From the NCBI GenBank assembly GCA_900317975.1, contig ONIZ01000002.1, positions 6,473 through 70,472 on the forward strand: a stretch of 64,000 nucleotides of DNA, written 5' to 3'. The stretch comes from an uncultured Bacillota bacterium. Its GTDB lineage: Bacteria; Bacillota_I; Bacilli_A; RF39; UBA660. The notes beneath the pieces were generated by a model. It was given only the letters and a program-made list of their open reading frames with translations, did no database searches and had not been told where the DNA came from. The translations under genes were made by a program, and so were the position numbers. Shown in pieces: positions 14,292 through 24,689 of the stretch (its first letter is position 1; the number at the start of each line of letters is the position of its first letter).

Positions 14292-16682
14292 ATGACTAAA
14301 GCATGGGCATACGATGTGGAAGTTCTTCCTAATTTCTTTTCTATTACAATAGTTGATTTAAATGATTATTTAAAAATATTTGAAGATTGTTGTAATATAA
14401 ATAAAAAAGGAAATAGAGAAAATATTCCACTAATACAAAAACTTTCTGTAAATGAAATTAAATCTAGGCTAGATAAAGTTAAAAAATATAAATTTTGGAT
14501 TAGTGATTTTGACGATAGTATGCTTTTGCCAATGATGCAACATTTAAATAATTTACAGCCTAGATTTACAGATGAAAAACATACTGATGTTATAAAAAAT
14601 CATATGTTTGGATATAATAATAATGGATATGATAAACTGATGATTGCTGCTTTATTTATGTACTATAATAATACTAATAATACTAAAGAATTAATTTATA
14701 AACTTTATGAAACATCAAAACATATTATTGAATTTCAAAGTAATAAAGAATTAGCAAGAACTGATTATTTACTAAATCAATTAAAAAATTATTCTTTGCC
14801 ATACACAGATATTGATGTAATGACTATTTTTGCATTAAATAAATGTGGTAAATATACTGATAAAGATGGAAATACTCAATATTTTCCAAAAAGTCTTAAG
14901 CAAACTAGTATAAATCTACAATGGTATGAACTTCTTGAACATGAATTACCACCTATTGGAAAAGCAGATATAAATTTATATCATAAAATACCTAAATATA
15001 AAAATTTTACTATAGATGAATTAAATAGATTAATTGGCAAATGGGATAGACTTATGTTGCCAGAATGGATAGATGATGTAATGTATTATAATACTAATGA
15101 TGTATTTATAGTTTGTGAAATTGTACGATTGTATACAGACGAAATATCTTCAAGATATAGTATTTCTAAAGCATTTAATGTAAACGTATTATCTTCTTCT
15201 AGAAGTAATATTGGAGATGTTATATTTGAAAAATTATATAGTGATAATAGCGGTCTTCAACCATATCAATGGAAAGGAAAGAAAACTGAAAGAAATAGAT
15301 TTAGTTTTAAAAAGATTATTTTTCCTTTTATAAATTTTAAAACAAAAGTTCTTCAAGATTTACTTGAAGAAATGAAAACCATAACTATTTATAATATAGG
15401 TAAATCAGCATTTGTTAGAACTGTACGATTAGGAAGTTTAGACTATACTATTGCTACTGGTGGATTACATAGTAAAGATACACCAAGAAAGTTAGTTAGT
15501 TTTATAAAAGGAAAAACTGATAATTATATTGATGAAGACGGCAATCTTATTTGGGAAAATTTAACTGATGATTCTTATGTTTATATACATTATGATATCA
15601 CTAGTTTTTATCCTAGTATAATGATTGCTTATGAAATACATCCAGAACATTTAGATAAAGTTGCATTTAGAAATACAGTATTTTATTGTAAAGATACTCG
15701 TGTACGAGCAAAACATAGTGAAGAAGAATTAATAGATGGAATACCAAAAGATGTATTAGCTCTTGTATTAAAAATTGTCATAAATTCTATATATGGAAAA
15801 TTTGGTTATGAATTTGGTGAATTATATGATAGACTTGCAACTTTACAAGTTACTATAAATGGACAACTTATGATTATGATGCTATGTGAAGAACTTACTC
15901 TTAATGGTATTGAAGTTGTAAGTGCTAATACTGATGGCATAGTTGTAAAATTACCAGTAACCAAAAAGAAAGAATTTGATAAAATTACTAAAAATTGGGA
16001 AAGTATAACAAAAATGAAAGCCGATTCTGAAGAATATAGAAGATATGTATGTAGAGATATTAATAATTATGCTGCAGAAGAAATTAATAAAAAAGTTGAT
16101 TCAAAAGGTGATTATAATCCATTAATGTATGCTGTAGATTTAACTAAAGGATATGATGCTCCTATTGTTAGTAAAGCAGCATATGATTATTTGTTATATG
16201 ATAAACCAATTTTAGATACTTTATATGAAGCTACTAATATTCTTGATTTTTGTAAAACTCAAAATATTGGTAAAAATTGGATTTGTGTATATAGTGATGA
16301 AACTGGTCAACATATAATTCAAAGAAATAATAGATTTTATGTATCAACTGTTGGAGGAATTATAGAAAAAGTAGAAAAAGATAGTCCAGACGTAGATTGT
16401 TATATAAATGAAGAAGGAATATTGATTAATGGAAGCGGAAGAAGAACTAATTTATGTGCTGGACAAAAAGTTAAAATTCTAAATACACTCGATGATTTAG
16501 ATATTTCTATACGTAATATAAGTTATAATTATTATTATAATGAAGTATTAAAACTTGTAGATCCAATTATATTAGGAATTGCTGTAAATCAAAAAGCTGA
16601 TCCTAATAAAAAGCTTAAAAGTGGTAAAAATATTATTAAAAAATATAGTGGATTAAATAATAGTTTGTTTGATGACGCCTAA
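14292..16682 (+). CDS. family B DNA polymerase
   Basis: Exo I-like YDVEV, an exonuclease-like YNTNDV motif, motif A DITSFYPSIM, motif B KIVINSIYGKFG, motif C-like SANTDGIVV. Confidence 0.85.
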   Translation: MTKAWAYDVEVLPNFFSITIVDLNDYLKIFEDCCNINKKGNRENIPLIQKLSVNEIKSRLDKVKKYKFWISDFDDSMLLPMMQHLNNLQPRFTDEKHTDVIKNHMFGYNNNGYDKLMIAALFMYYNNTNNTKELIYKLYETSKHIIEFQSNKELARTDYLLNQLKNYSLPYTDIDVMTIFALNKCGKYTDKDGNTQYFPKSLKQTSINLQWYELLEHELPPIGKADINLYHKIPKYKNFTIDELNRLIGKWDRLMLPEWIDDVMYYNTNDVFIVCEIVRLYTDEISSRYSISKAFNVNVLSSSRSNIGDVIFEKLYSDNSGLQPYQWKGKKTERNRFSFKKIIFPFINFKTKVLQDLLEEMKTITIYNIGKSAFVRTVRLGSLDYTIATGGLHSKDTPRKLVSFIKGKTDNYIDEDGNLIWENLTDDSYVYIHYDITSFYPSIMIAYEIHPEHLDKVAFRNTVFYCKDTRVRAKHSEEELIDGIPKDVLALVLKIVINSIYGKFGYEFGELYDRLATLQVTINGQLMIMMLCEELTLNGIEVVSANTDGIVVKLPVTKKKEFDKITKNWESITKMKADSEEYRRYVCRDINNYAAEEINKKVDSKGDYNPLMYAVDLTKGYDAPIVSKAAYDYLLYDKPILDTLYEATNILDFCKTQNIGKNWICVYSDETGQHIIQRNNRFYVSTVGGIIEKVEKDSPDVDCYINEEGILINGSGRRTNLCAGQKVKILNTLDDLDISIRNISYNYYYNEVLKLVDPIILGIAVNQKADPNKKLKSGKNIIKKYSGLNNSLFDDA

Positions 16683-18054
16683 TGAAAAATATGCAAAAGA
16701 AATAATGTCTGCTTTTCAAACTGCTAAAGGTAAAGGATATTGTTTTTGTATAAATCCTATATTACCATATAAATTAGTTGCACAAACTGCAATTGGTATT
16801 AGTAGTAAAGATGAAAGTAGAAAAATACTTATTGTAACACCTTATTATGATGTTACAAATAAGATTAAAGGAGAATTAATAAAGATTGATAATAAAGAAT
16901 ATACTAATATATCTTATTTAACTAAATTATATGTAAATCCTAAATACAACTATAATTATGATTGTACAATTGTTGTTGGAGTAAATGGTGAAGATAGTAT
17001 TGATTTAGAATTATTGAGAAAACTTGATAGTTGTAGTAAATTTACTTTATTTATATTTACTATAAATTCTTTGCCTAATGATATAAATTTATTTCTTACT
17101 AAACATAGTAATTTTCTAAAAACAACAGTTACTCCAAATGAAGCTCGTATGGCTTATCTTTATTCCCCTGTAGAGGAATGGAGATGTGGAGTAGAATTAT
17201 CAGAAACTGATAGAGAAGAATATGATAAAGCAAATCAATATATTGCTGACTGTATAAGTATTTTTGGAGATTTAAAAACTATTGAAAAATGTGCTCGCGG
17301 TGATAAATTATTAAATATAAGTGCAAGCGAATTTAGATATAATTTTGCTATTGAAAATGGTTGGAATGAACATTTAAATATGAATTCTGATTATGAAAAA
17401 AGTATAGATGAAATTTATAATCCAAATACATTAAATGAAAAAGCAAATACTTTTTATACTATTACACATAAAAGAAAAGAAATAGCGATAAATAATGATA
17501 ATAAATTAATTGAAATAGGTAAAATAGTAAGAGAAAATTATGATAAAAAAATATGTATAGTTTCTAAATCTGGAGAAATGGCATTAGCTATTGCTAATTA
17601 TTTAAATGGAGAAGAATTTGCTGAATTAAATATAAAATGTGGTCAATATCATGATTGTATACCAGAAACTTATGGTATCGATGATGAAGGTAATATATTA
17701 ATTCGAAAAAGTGGTAAAGATAAAGGTAAACCTGTTATTCTTAAATCACAAGCCTCTTCGACGCAATATGAAAGACTATATAATTTTGACATTATTAATA
17801 TAATGAGTATAAAATTTGCTTCTAATGTTAAATTAAAAATATCTTTTGACTTAATTATTTTTACAGATTGTTTAACAGCAAATATAATTGATTTTAAAAG
17901 TCGTTTTATAAATAGTTATTGTAATAGTTTACCTAATAAAGTATATAGATTGTATAGTACAAATACTATTGAAGAAAAATCTTTAAATAGTGAAAATATA
18001 ATGTCAAATGTACAAATAATGTCGCATATTGAAGAAAAATTCATTTTTGATTAA
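16669..18054 (+). CDS. hypothetical protein (461 aa), possibly a degenerate helicase-like accessory protein
   Basis: Long ORF overlapping the polymerase stop. No clear Walker A was seen, so the function is uncertain. Confidence 0.7.
   Translation: MMTPNEKYAKEIMSAFQTAKGKGYCFCINPILPYKLVAQTAIGISSKDESRKILIVTPYYDVTNKIKGELIKIDNKEYTNISYLTKLYVNPKYNYNYDCTIVVGVNGEDSIDLELLRKLDSCSKFTLFIFTINSLPNDINLFLTKHSNFLKTTVTPNEARMAYLYSPVEEWRCGVELSETDREEYDKANQYIADCISIFGDLKTIEKCARGDKLLNISASEFRYNFAIENGWNEHLNMNSDYEKSIDEIYNPNTLNEKANTFYTITHKRKEIAINNDNKLIEIGKIVRENYDKKICIVSKSGEMALAIANYLNGEEFAELNIKCGQYHDCIPETYGIDDEGNILIRKSGKDKGKPVILKSQASSTQYERLYNFDIINIMSIKFASNVKLKISFDLIIFTDCLTANIIDFKSRFINSYCNSLPNKVYRLYSTNTIEEKSLNSENIMSNVQIMSHIEEKFIFD
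17165..17177 (+). repeat. dispersed GC-rich motif copy (cccctgtagagga), in 16669-18054
   Basis: Translated as SPVEEW. Confidence 0.8.
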
Positions 18055-18070
18055 TTTTTTTGCCAAAAAA

Positions 18071-18102
18071 TTTGCATATATCAAAATTTTTTTGTATATT
18101 TG
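18071..18102 (+). promoter_or_regulatory. Bacteroidota-type promoter for 18134 onward
   Basis: TTTG 18071-18074, a 20-nt spacer, then TATATTTG 18095-18102. Confidence 0.65.
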
Positions 18103-18133
18103 CATTGTCTTAAAAACAAAAGTTCTTTGAAAT

Positions 18134-19096
18134 ATGGTTGAAACAACAAATGTAGCAGAAGCTGGTGTTGATAATCTTCCAACTCAACATCAAGCAAAGG
18201 AAAGTGCTACTCCTGTTAAAGCCAAAGAAATTGTTCATATATCAAATAATGTATTTGATAATATTAATCTCTTTAACGAAAAAGAACTTGCTCAATTTAA
18301 ATCATTTGCAATTGAGTATATAAAAAGTTCTAAAAATGGTGGTATTACAACTGTTCAAGATTGTATCGCTATTGCAATTCGTGCTAAAGAATTAGGATTA
18401 CCTTTTACAGCATGTGCTGAACATGTTTATATAATCAATGGTAAAACAGGTGTAGATATTCATATCATCAAAGGTTTGTTATCGAGGGCAGGTTGTACTT
18501 GGAAGTGTCTTAAAGATTATCAACCTCTGTATGAATATACAGACGGTATAAACCAATTTGTTGATGGTGAACTTCCTGAATATGTTATTAAATGTAAAAG
18601 TAAAGTTGACGCTGAAGCTAAAAGAAAAGCTAATCCTGATGATGACAATATGTATGTATATCCTGTTCGTTGGTATGCAGATTCTCGAGGAAATAAATAT
18701 CCTGATTATCGTCTTAATACAGATCAATTTACTGTTGTTGCAAATACTGCTCAAATGCAAGAAGCAGCAGCAAATAAAAAGATAGGTGTATGGAGAATTC
18801 CTGCTGTTCCTGTAAATTATATTACTGAATATGAAATTACTAGAAAAATAAATGGAACTACAATGACTAGTAAAGGACGATTTACTTTACAAGAAGCAAT
18901 AAATGCTGATTTCTTTACTAAAGATACTTATAAAAAATATTCTAGAATAATGATTGGTAATAGAGCATTTACATATGCTGCTAGAGATATAGGTAGTGAT
19001 ATTCTATTTGGTGTAATGGAAACTACCGAAATTAAATTAGTCAATAATAAGACTCTTAAAGATATAGATTTTGTTGATGCTGAGATAGTCAATTAA
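18134..19096 (+). CDS. RecT-like single-strand annealing protein (320 aa)
   Basis: The segment AIRAKELGLPFTACAEHVYIINGKTGVDIHIIKGLLSRAG resembles the RecT family core. The assignment rests on that pattern alone. Confidence 0.5.
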   Translation: MVETTNVAEAGVDNLPTQHQAKESATPVKAKEIVHISNNVFDNINLFNEKELAQFKSFAIEYIKSSKNGGITTVQDCIAIAIRAKELGLPFTACAEHVYIINGKTGVDIHIIKGLLSRAGCTWKCLKDYQPLYEYTDGINQFVDGELPEYVIKCKSKVDAEAKRKANPDDDNMYVYPVRWYADSRGNKYPDYRLNTDQFTVVANTAQMQEAAANKKIGVWRIPAVPVNYITEYEITRKINGTTMTSKGRFTLQEAINADFFTKDTYKKYSRIMIGNRAFTYAARDIGSDILFGVMETTEIKLVNNKTLKDIDFVDAEIVN

Positions 19097-19159
19097 ATCT
19101 TTAAAAAAGAAAATATCTCAAACAAACATTTATTAACAAATTTAAAAGCTTTTAAAAGT

Positions 19160-19966
19160 ATGAAAACTTTTGGTGCAGAATTAGGACTTTCGTTTGTAAA
19201 CGCAGGTCAACGTCAAGTTAACGACAAAGCAGAACTCGTAGTTAATTCTACTCGTGGTGGTTTTACTCTTAGTGGTGCAGCAACTGCATTGCTTGGTATT
19301 GCTCATGGCGATTATGTTCAGTTTGTTAGCAATGTTGCTAAACTTACTACAGAGATTAAAACTAGTGCTAAGGCATTTGTAGATTTCTGTACTGAACATG
19401 GTTTAACTCCTGGCTCTAATGAAGCAACTGATGCTTATATGCAGACAGCCCGTTTCTATATTGGTAAAGGTACTCAAGTTCTTGATAAGGTTGGAAAGCC
19501 TGTCATGACTTCTGAGCGTCTTTCTGCAGAAGATAAGAAGGCTTATGCTGCTGATAAGTTTGATGAGATGCTTGAAGCTGCTCTCAACAATGGTAAGGAA
19601 GAGCTTGTTGAAAGTCTCAATCGTGAAGGTATTACTAAAGATGAGCAGATTGAAATTCTTGCTCAATTTGTAAGCATTGAAACTGAGAAATATACAGGTT
19701 CTAAGTGTGCAAGTTCTTCTAAGGCTAGTGGCACTGGTGTTCCTTTGAAGTTTAGCGATGGTAATGTATGGTCACAAATGAAGCGTGATATCGCTGAAGA
19801 TGATCGTACTTCTATCAATCGTATTTACACTCTTGATGTAGCTGAAGCTGGTGTTATGAAACAGAATAATGGATTTGAGGATGTTGATGTAGTTCTTTAT
19901 CCGCTTGTTTATGTTTCTGATGAAGCTCCTATGCGTCGTGGTCAAGGTGGTGAAGCTGCAGAGTAA
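19160..19966 (+). CDS. hypothetical protein (268 aa), less A+T-rich codon usage
   Basis: Long ORF followed by a strong terminator. Confidence 0.75.
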   Translation: MKTFGAELGLSFVNAGQRQVNDKAELVVNSTRGGFTLSGAATALLGIAHGDYVQFVSNVAKLTTEIKTSAKAFVDFCTEHGLTPGSNEATDAYMQTARFYIGKGTQVLDKVGKPVMTSERLSAEDKKAYAADKFDEMLEAALNNGKEELVESLNREGITKDEQIEILAQFVSIETEKYTGSKCASSSKASGTGVPLKFSDGNVWSQMKRDIAEDDRTSINRIYTLDVAEAGVMKQNNGFEDVDVVLYPLVYVSDEAPMRRGQGGEAAE

Positions 19967-19994
19967 TAAACTACAAGTTCTACTTTAGTTGTTC

Positions 19995-20041
19995 GAGCCG
20001 AAGATTTAATAGATAATACTATTGAGTCTTCGGCTCTTTTT
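19995..20041 (+). terminator. intrinsic terminator
   Basis: 10-bp stem GAGCCGAAGA/TCTTCGGCTC followed by TTTTTG. Confidence 0.75.
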
Positions 20042-20068
20042 GTTCTTAAAAATTAAAATTCGAATTTT

Positions 20069-20956
20069 ATGTCAGAAGAAAAAGTTAAAAAAGTAGGTCG
20101 TGGTATTGGTACTGCTCGTGGTACTACACGACTTAAATTTAGTCATGAGCATGCAAATAGTAAAAATGGCTTATTTCTTGCTCATATCGACAGTGTTGTT
20201 TTAGGCACTGCTAAAATTGGTGAAGATACTACTGGAATGCCTTCATTCAATGGTATGGAAATTCCTCGTTTAGCAATTGTTTTTGCAAGTAATGAAAGTG
20301 AAGCTGCTAAACGTAAATATATTACTCTTTCTTGGAATGCTGTAGAAAGTAATGTAAATACTATTCAAGGTGGAAAAGAAGCTTGGAAAGTTGATAGTAT
20401 TTTTGACTATATGAAACATATACTTGATGTATTTGTTTTGAAAGGTAAAGAAATGACTGCTGATATGGAAGAAAAACTTACTCTTCCGTTCAATGATACT
20501 GATGAAAATGGGGAATATTCTCCTGTTGAACCTGAAGTAGTTATTGCAGGTTGGACTACTTTATTCCAAAACTTTGTAACTATTCTTACAACTGGAAATG
20601 ATGGAAAGCCTGTATATCAAACTAAAGAAGGTACTCCTATTACACTTTGGATTAAATTACTTCGTTTCCAAAAACAAGGAAAAGCTTGGAAAGCTCTTAA
20701 TAGTCGAGGAGATTTAGCATTCCCTGCATTTGTTGGTGAAGGAGTTATTGAAATATATAACCAAAATACTCCTCCTAGCATTAAAATTAATGTTATGCGA
20801 GAAGATATTAAACCAAGACAAATTGAAGAAAGGAAAGAGCCTAATCTTCCTGGTATTAGCGGTCCAGCTATTTCTATTCCTCCTACTGGTACTGCATATG
20901 GTGCTAATTTAGACCCATTTGATGGAAATAATGGTATTGATGACAGTCCATTTTAA
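20069..20956 (+). CDS. putative single-stranded DNA-binding protein (295 aa)
   Basis: A Gly/Pro-rich linker and an acidic C-terminal tip ...DPFDGNNGIDDSPF, resembling the bacterial SSB tip DDDIPF. It sits in the replication module. Confidence 0.5.
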   Translation: MSEEKVKKVGRGIGTARGTTRLKFSHEHANSKNGLFLAHIDSVVLGTAKIGEDTTGMPSFNGMEIPRLAIVFASNESEAAKRKYITLSWNAVESNVNTIQGGKEAWKVDSIFDYMKHILDVFVLKGKEMTADMEEKLTLPFNDTDENGEYSPVEPEVVIAGWTTLFQNFVTILTTGNDGKPVYQTKEGTPITLWIKLLRFQKQGKAWKALNSRGDLAFPAFVGEGVIEIYNQNTPPSIKINVMREDIKPRQIEERKEPNLPGISGPAISIPPTGTAYGANLDPFDGNNGIDDSPF

Positions 20957-20979
20957 ATTATACAACTAATTAACAATTT

Positions 20980-21017
20980 AGCCTCTATACCTTAATGGTA
21001 TAGGGGCTATTTTTTTA
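20980..21017 (+). terminator. intrinsic terminator
   Basis: 12-bp stem AGCCTCTATACC/GGTATAGGGGCT (one G-T wobble) followed by 8 T. Confidence 0.8.
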
Positions 21018-21023
21018 TAGGTT

Positions 21024-22214
21024 ATGGGAAGGCATATAAATTCTAATACATATACTAAACAATATATCTTATCTAAAGTTAGTCAAGAACTAATTTTTAG
21101 TACCTATTTTCATATACCTATAGATATTATCAGAGATTGCATAGATAACAATACGTTAATAATATCTCCGATAAGAGAAGATAAACATCCTACTTGTGGT
21201 TTTCGTTATAATAATATAGGAATGTTAAAATTCCGAGATTTTGGTGGATATTTTTGGGGAGATTGTTTTGATGCTGTAGCATTAGTAATAAGTAAAGCTT
21301 ATAATAAAACTTATGATATTAGTAATAAAAAAGATTTTATTCAAATACTAAAGCATATTTCATTAACATTTAAAGATATTATAAATAATGAAGAAACTGA
21401 TCCGAATATTATAACGAAAATCAATGAAGGAATATCTAAACTTCGTAAAGATAAACCAATTATTGATTTAGTTGTAAGAGAATGGAATAAAGAAGATATA
21501 AATTATTGGAATAATTTTGGTATAACAATACAAGATTTAAATATTAATTTTGTTTATCCTATAGAACAATATTATATTAATAGAAAACAAAATCCAGAAC
21601 CAAAATATTTTTACGATTCTAAAGATCCTTGTTATGCTTATTATTTAGGAAGAGGTAGTGATAATATAAATAATTATAAATTATATTTTCCTAAAAGAAC
21701 AAAAGATTCACATAATAGATTTATATGTAATTGTAATCATCTTGAAGGTATTTTAAATTTATCTGAAAGAGAATATACATATATTATTATAACAAAATCT
21801 ACAAAAGATAGAATTGCATTATTTAGAGCTATAAAATATTATAGTTCACTCTACAGGGAAGAAAATATTAAAATAGGTGTAATAAATATTCCACATGAAA
21901 CATATAAACTACGTGATATAGAACTTTCATGGTTACAAGATAAACTTATTAATAATGGAGAAATAGTTACACTTATGGATAATGATAGAACTGGTATGAT
22001 AGAAGCCTTATATTTTAAGAGAACTTTTAATTTTAAAGCTATATTAATACCAAAAACATATGAAGCAAAAGATTTTGCAGAATTGATGTCAAAGTTACCA
22101 ATAAATAAAATTTGCGAACTAATTAAATCAACAATCAAAAAAATAAAAACAAGTAATGGAAAAAATATATCAAATTCCAATTGTAGGGAACAAAATACTT
22201 CTTTACCGTTTTAA
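21024..22214 (+). CDS. DNA primase (TOPRIM, DnaG-like)
   Basis: The TOPRIM-like acidic cluster VTLMDNDRTGMIEA sits in the C-terminal half, and the gene lies in the replication module. Confidence 0.6.
   Translation: MGRHINSNTYTKQYILSKVSQELIFSTYFHIPIDIIRDCIDNNTLIISPIREDKHPTCGFRYNNIGMLKFRDFGGYFWGDCFDAVALVISKAYNKTYDISNKKDFIQILKHISLTFKDIINNEETDPNIITKINEGISKLRKDKPIIDLVVREWNKEDINYWNNFGITIQDLNINFVYPIEQYYINRKQNPEPKYFYDSKDPCYAYYLGRGSDNINNYKLYFPKRTKDSHNRFICNCNHLEGILNLSEREYTYIIITKSTKDRIALFRAIKYYSSLYREENIKIGVINIPHETYKLRDIELSWLQDKLINNGEIVTLMDNDRTGMIEALYFKRTFNFKAILIPKTYEAKDFAELMSKLPINKICELIKSTIKKIKTSNGKNISNSNCREQNTSLPF
21847..21859 (-). repeat. dispersed GC-rich motif copy (rc tccctgtagagtg), in the primase gene
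   Basis: Translated as SLYREE. Confidence 0.7.
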
Positions 22215-22611
22215 AGGAGAAAGAACTCATATTTCCGTATATATGGAAGGACTTACACAAGATGAATATGACACAATAAAAAATAGACCTAAATCATGGT
22301 TAAATAGAGATAATAGAAAAATTGATATAACTGATAATACTTATATAGGTAAATTTAATATTAATGATGAAAATTTTGTTAAATATCTAGATTCTTTATT
22401 TGAAATTGATGAAAGAGGTAAATTTATAAATTCTAAATTTGATTTTGAGGCTTCAACTATTTCAACAACTGAGGGTATTATGAAAGGCTATCCTACATGG
22501 ATACCTTCTAAATATATTAAATATTGTTATTGTCAAATAGAAAAGCCTAAATATGTTATAATATATAGTTACACTTGTTATAATTATAAGAAAAATGGAA
22601 CTAATACATAA
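22156..22611 (+). CDS. hypothetical protein (151 aa; true start may be the internal Met at 22243)
   Basis: The ORF overlaps the primase 3' end by 59 nt. Confidence 0.55.
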   Translation: MEKIYQIPIVGNKILLYRFKGERTHISVYMEGLTQDEYDTIKNRPKSWLNRDNRKIDITDNTYIGKFNINDENFVKYLDSLFEIDERGKFINSKFDFEASTISTTEGIMKGYPTWIPSKYIKYCYCQIEKPKYVIIYSYTCYNYKKNGTNT

Positions 22612-22801
22612 TTTTATAATAAAATTAAATAATAAAATAATAGCATCTACTTGTGATAAAAATATAGCATGGGAAATTTATGAAAATAAATCTGATTATT
22701 ATGAAAATTTACAAGCAGAAAATAAATTATCTGAAGAATATGAATTAGTATTATTTGATTTAAATAAAAATTGTGAATTAGCAAAAGCTAATTTTTATTA
22801 A
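22595..22801 (+). CDS. hypothetical protein (68 aa)
   Basis: Clean ORF on the + strand. Confidence 0.5.
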   Translation: MELIHNFIIKLNNKIIASTCDKNIAWEIYENKSDYYENLQAENKLSEEYELVLFDLNKNCELAKANFY

Positions 22802-22806
22802 ATAAT

Positions 22807-23454
22807 ATGGAAATTGAATATACATGTTTGGATTATTATAATCCTATAGAAAAAGCATGTGATTTATTAAAAATTGTTAAAATGCCTCTTAATAGGATGC
22901 GTTTAGCAAATTTACAACCATATAAAAATGATAATGATTTAAGAAAAATATTAACAGGTATATTAAAAGATTTAGATTTAAGTAAAAGAATTGAAGGAAT
23001 TATGCCTTTTAATACAAATAGCCCTAAATATCAAAGTTTACTTTCAGAATATATTTATTATTTGGAACATTTAGAAAATCATTTAGAATATAATATATGG
23101 ATTGATAAATTACTTGCTTTTCATGCTTCAAATTTAATTGAAGAAAAAAATTATATACCTCCTAAACAGCCTAAAAAGAAAACAACTAGTGGAAAATCTA
23201 TCAAAAATGCTTTTTATAGAAGACAAACTACTGATTTATTTACAAATGATACAATATATGAATATATAAATCCAAAAACTGGTACTATTATAAAAAGTGA
23301 TAATCCTAATTTATGTGATAAATTAAATGCTGAAATAGAGCAAAATATAAAATATAATAGAGCAAGAAGTCATGCTAGAAAAAATCAAGAAAAAAGAGAA
23401 TTTATTAGAATAAATACAAAGCCAGATTTTAATAAACTTAAATTTAAATTTTAA
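22807..23454 (+). CDS. hypothetical protein (215 aa)
   Basis: Clean ORF on the + strand. Confidence 0.65.
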   Translation: MEIEYTCLDYYNPIEKACDLLKIVKMPLNRMRLANLQPYKNDNDLRKILTGILKDLDLSKRIEGIMPFNTNSPKYQSLLSEYIYYLEHLENHLEYNIWIDKLLAFHASNLIEEKNYIPPKQPKKKTTSGKSIKNAFYRRQTTDLFTNDTIYEYINPKTGTIIKSDNPNLCDKLNAEIEQNIKYNRARSHARKNQEKREFIRINTKPDFNKLKFKF

Positions 23455-23457
23455 ATT

Positions 23458-24687
23458 ATGATAGAATCAAAAAATGAACATAAACTTCTATATAGAAGAA
23501 ACAATAAAGGTCAACCTTGCTATTGGTGGGGAGAACCAGATAAAATTGATAAAGTAATAAGATTGCATCATGGTATAGTAGGAAAAACTGATATTATTGA
23601 TATGATTGTTACTAATAGAGATGTTGAAAAAGAATATCAATCTATGATTAATGAAAAACGTAAAGCTGGTTATAAATATATTTGGGAACTTAAAGACAAT
23701 AATGATACCCCTGTAGAGGGAACATTGCTACAATATCTGAATACTTATCTTCCTTACGATAGAACTACTTCTGATGGAATGATGCTTTCTATGTTAGCTA
23801 AAACTTATGATAATGAAAATAATAAAGTATTTAATAAATGTCCTATATATTACGGACAATGGAAGATTAATGGTTTAAGATGTTCTATTAGTGCTCATTA
23901 TAATCAAGGAGATTTATTTAAACCTATAAGTTTAAGATTTCAAAGTCGTGAAGGAACTGTATGGAATAGTTTATCTGATTTAGAGAGCTATCTATTAAGT
24001 ATTCTTCCTGCAAAATTATTAAATGATATGCTTGAAGAAGAATATATTCTTGATGGTGAAATTTATTTACCTGGTCATACAGTTAACGAAATAAATCATT
24101 TTGTAAAAGATCCTAAATGTAAAGAAAATAAACTTCTTCAATATTGGTGTTATGATATTGCTATTCAAGATTGTATACAAAGTACTAGAGAAAATATTAG
24201 AATAAAATATTTAGCAAATTTTGTTCCGTTTATTAAAACTAAACAAATGCACTATGCTAATCAACATAGATTAATTGCTCTTCCAAGTATTGACATTTGT
24301 AATCATGAACAAGCAAGAGTTGCTAGAGATTTAGCTATTGAAAATGGTTTTGAAGGATTAATTCTTCGTAATCCTGATAAAGAATATCAATATGGCGCAA
24401 GAAATATGGCTATGATTAAATATAAACGTAGTACTGATGGAAAATTTATTATAGTTGATATTAAACCAGAAGGAATTAAACGACCAGATATACCTTTATT
24501 TGTTCTTAAAAATGATATAAATGATTCATTATTTGAAGTACATGTAGGAGGAAAATTTGATTATCAAAAATTTATATTAAAAAATAAAAATTTATATATA
24601 GGAAAATTTATGTTTGTTGAATATGGAGAGAGAAGTGGTGTAGAACAAGTTCCTTTCCATGTTAAAGAAACATATATAATCGATTAA
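23458..24687 (+). CDS. ATP-dependent DNA ligase
   Basis: Motif I WKINGLR (KxNG instead of KxDG), motif III LDGEIY, motif IV EGLILRNP, motif V MIKYKR. Confidence 0.7.
   Translation: MIESKNEHKLLYRRNNKGQPCYWWGEPDKIDKVIRLHHGIVGKTDIIDMIVTNRDVEKEYQSMINEKRKAGYKYIWELKDNNDTPVEGTLLQYLNTYLPYDRTTSDGMMLSMLAKTYDNENNKVFNKCPIYYGQWKINGLRCSISAHYNQGDLFKPISLRFQSREGTVWNSLSDLESYLLSILPAKLLNDMLEEEYILDGEIYLPGHTVNEINHFVKDPKCKENKLLQYWCYDIAIQDCIQSTRENIRIKYLANFVPFIKTKQMHYANQHRLIALPSIDICNHEQARVARDLAIENGFEGLILRNPDKEYQYGARNMAMIKYKRSTDGKFIIVDIKPEGIKRPDIPLFVLKNDINDSLFEVHVGGKFDYQKFILKNKNLYIGKFMFVEYGERSGVEQVPFHVKETYIID
23708..23720 (+). repeat. dispersed GC-rich motif copy (cccctgtagaggg), in the ligase gene
   Basis: Translated as TPVEGT. 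Confidence 0.85.
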
Positions 24688-24689
24688 AT

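Noticed and set aside
22177-22190. Additional weak motif-like words: ccaattgtagggaa here, ctcctgtagaaag at 29376-29388, cctgtag at 30980-30986 and near 31115, and acccccgt at 2160 and 2568.
   Set aside because: They match only the A+T-rich centre or only one G/C flank. I did not count them among the ~18 copies, to avoid inflating the family.
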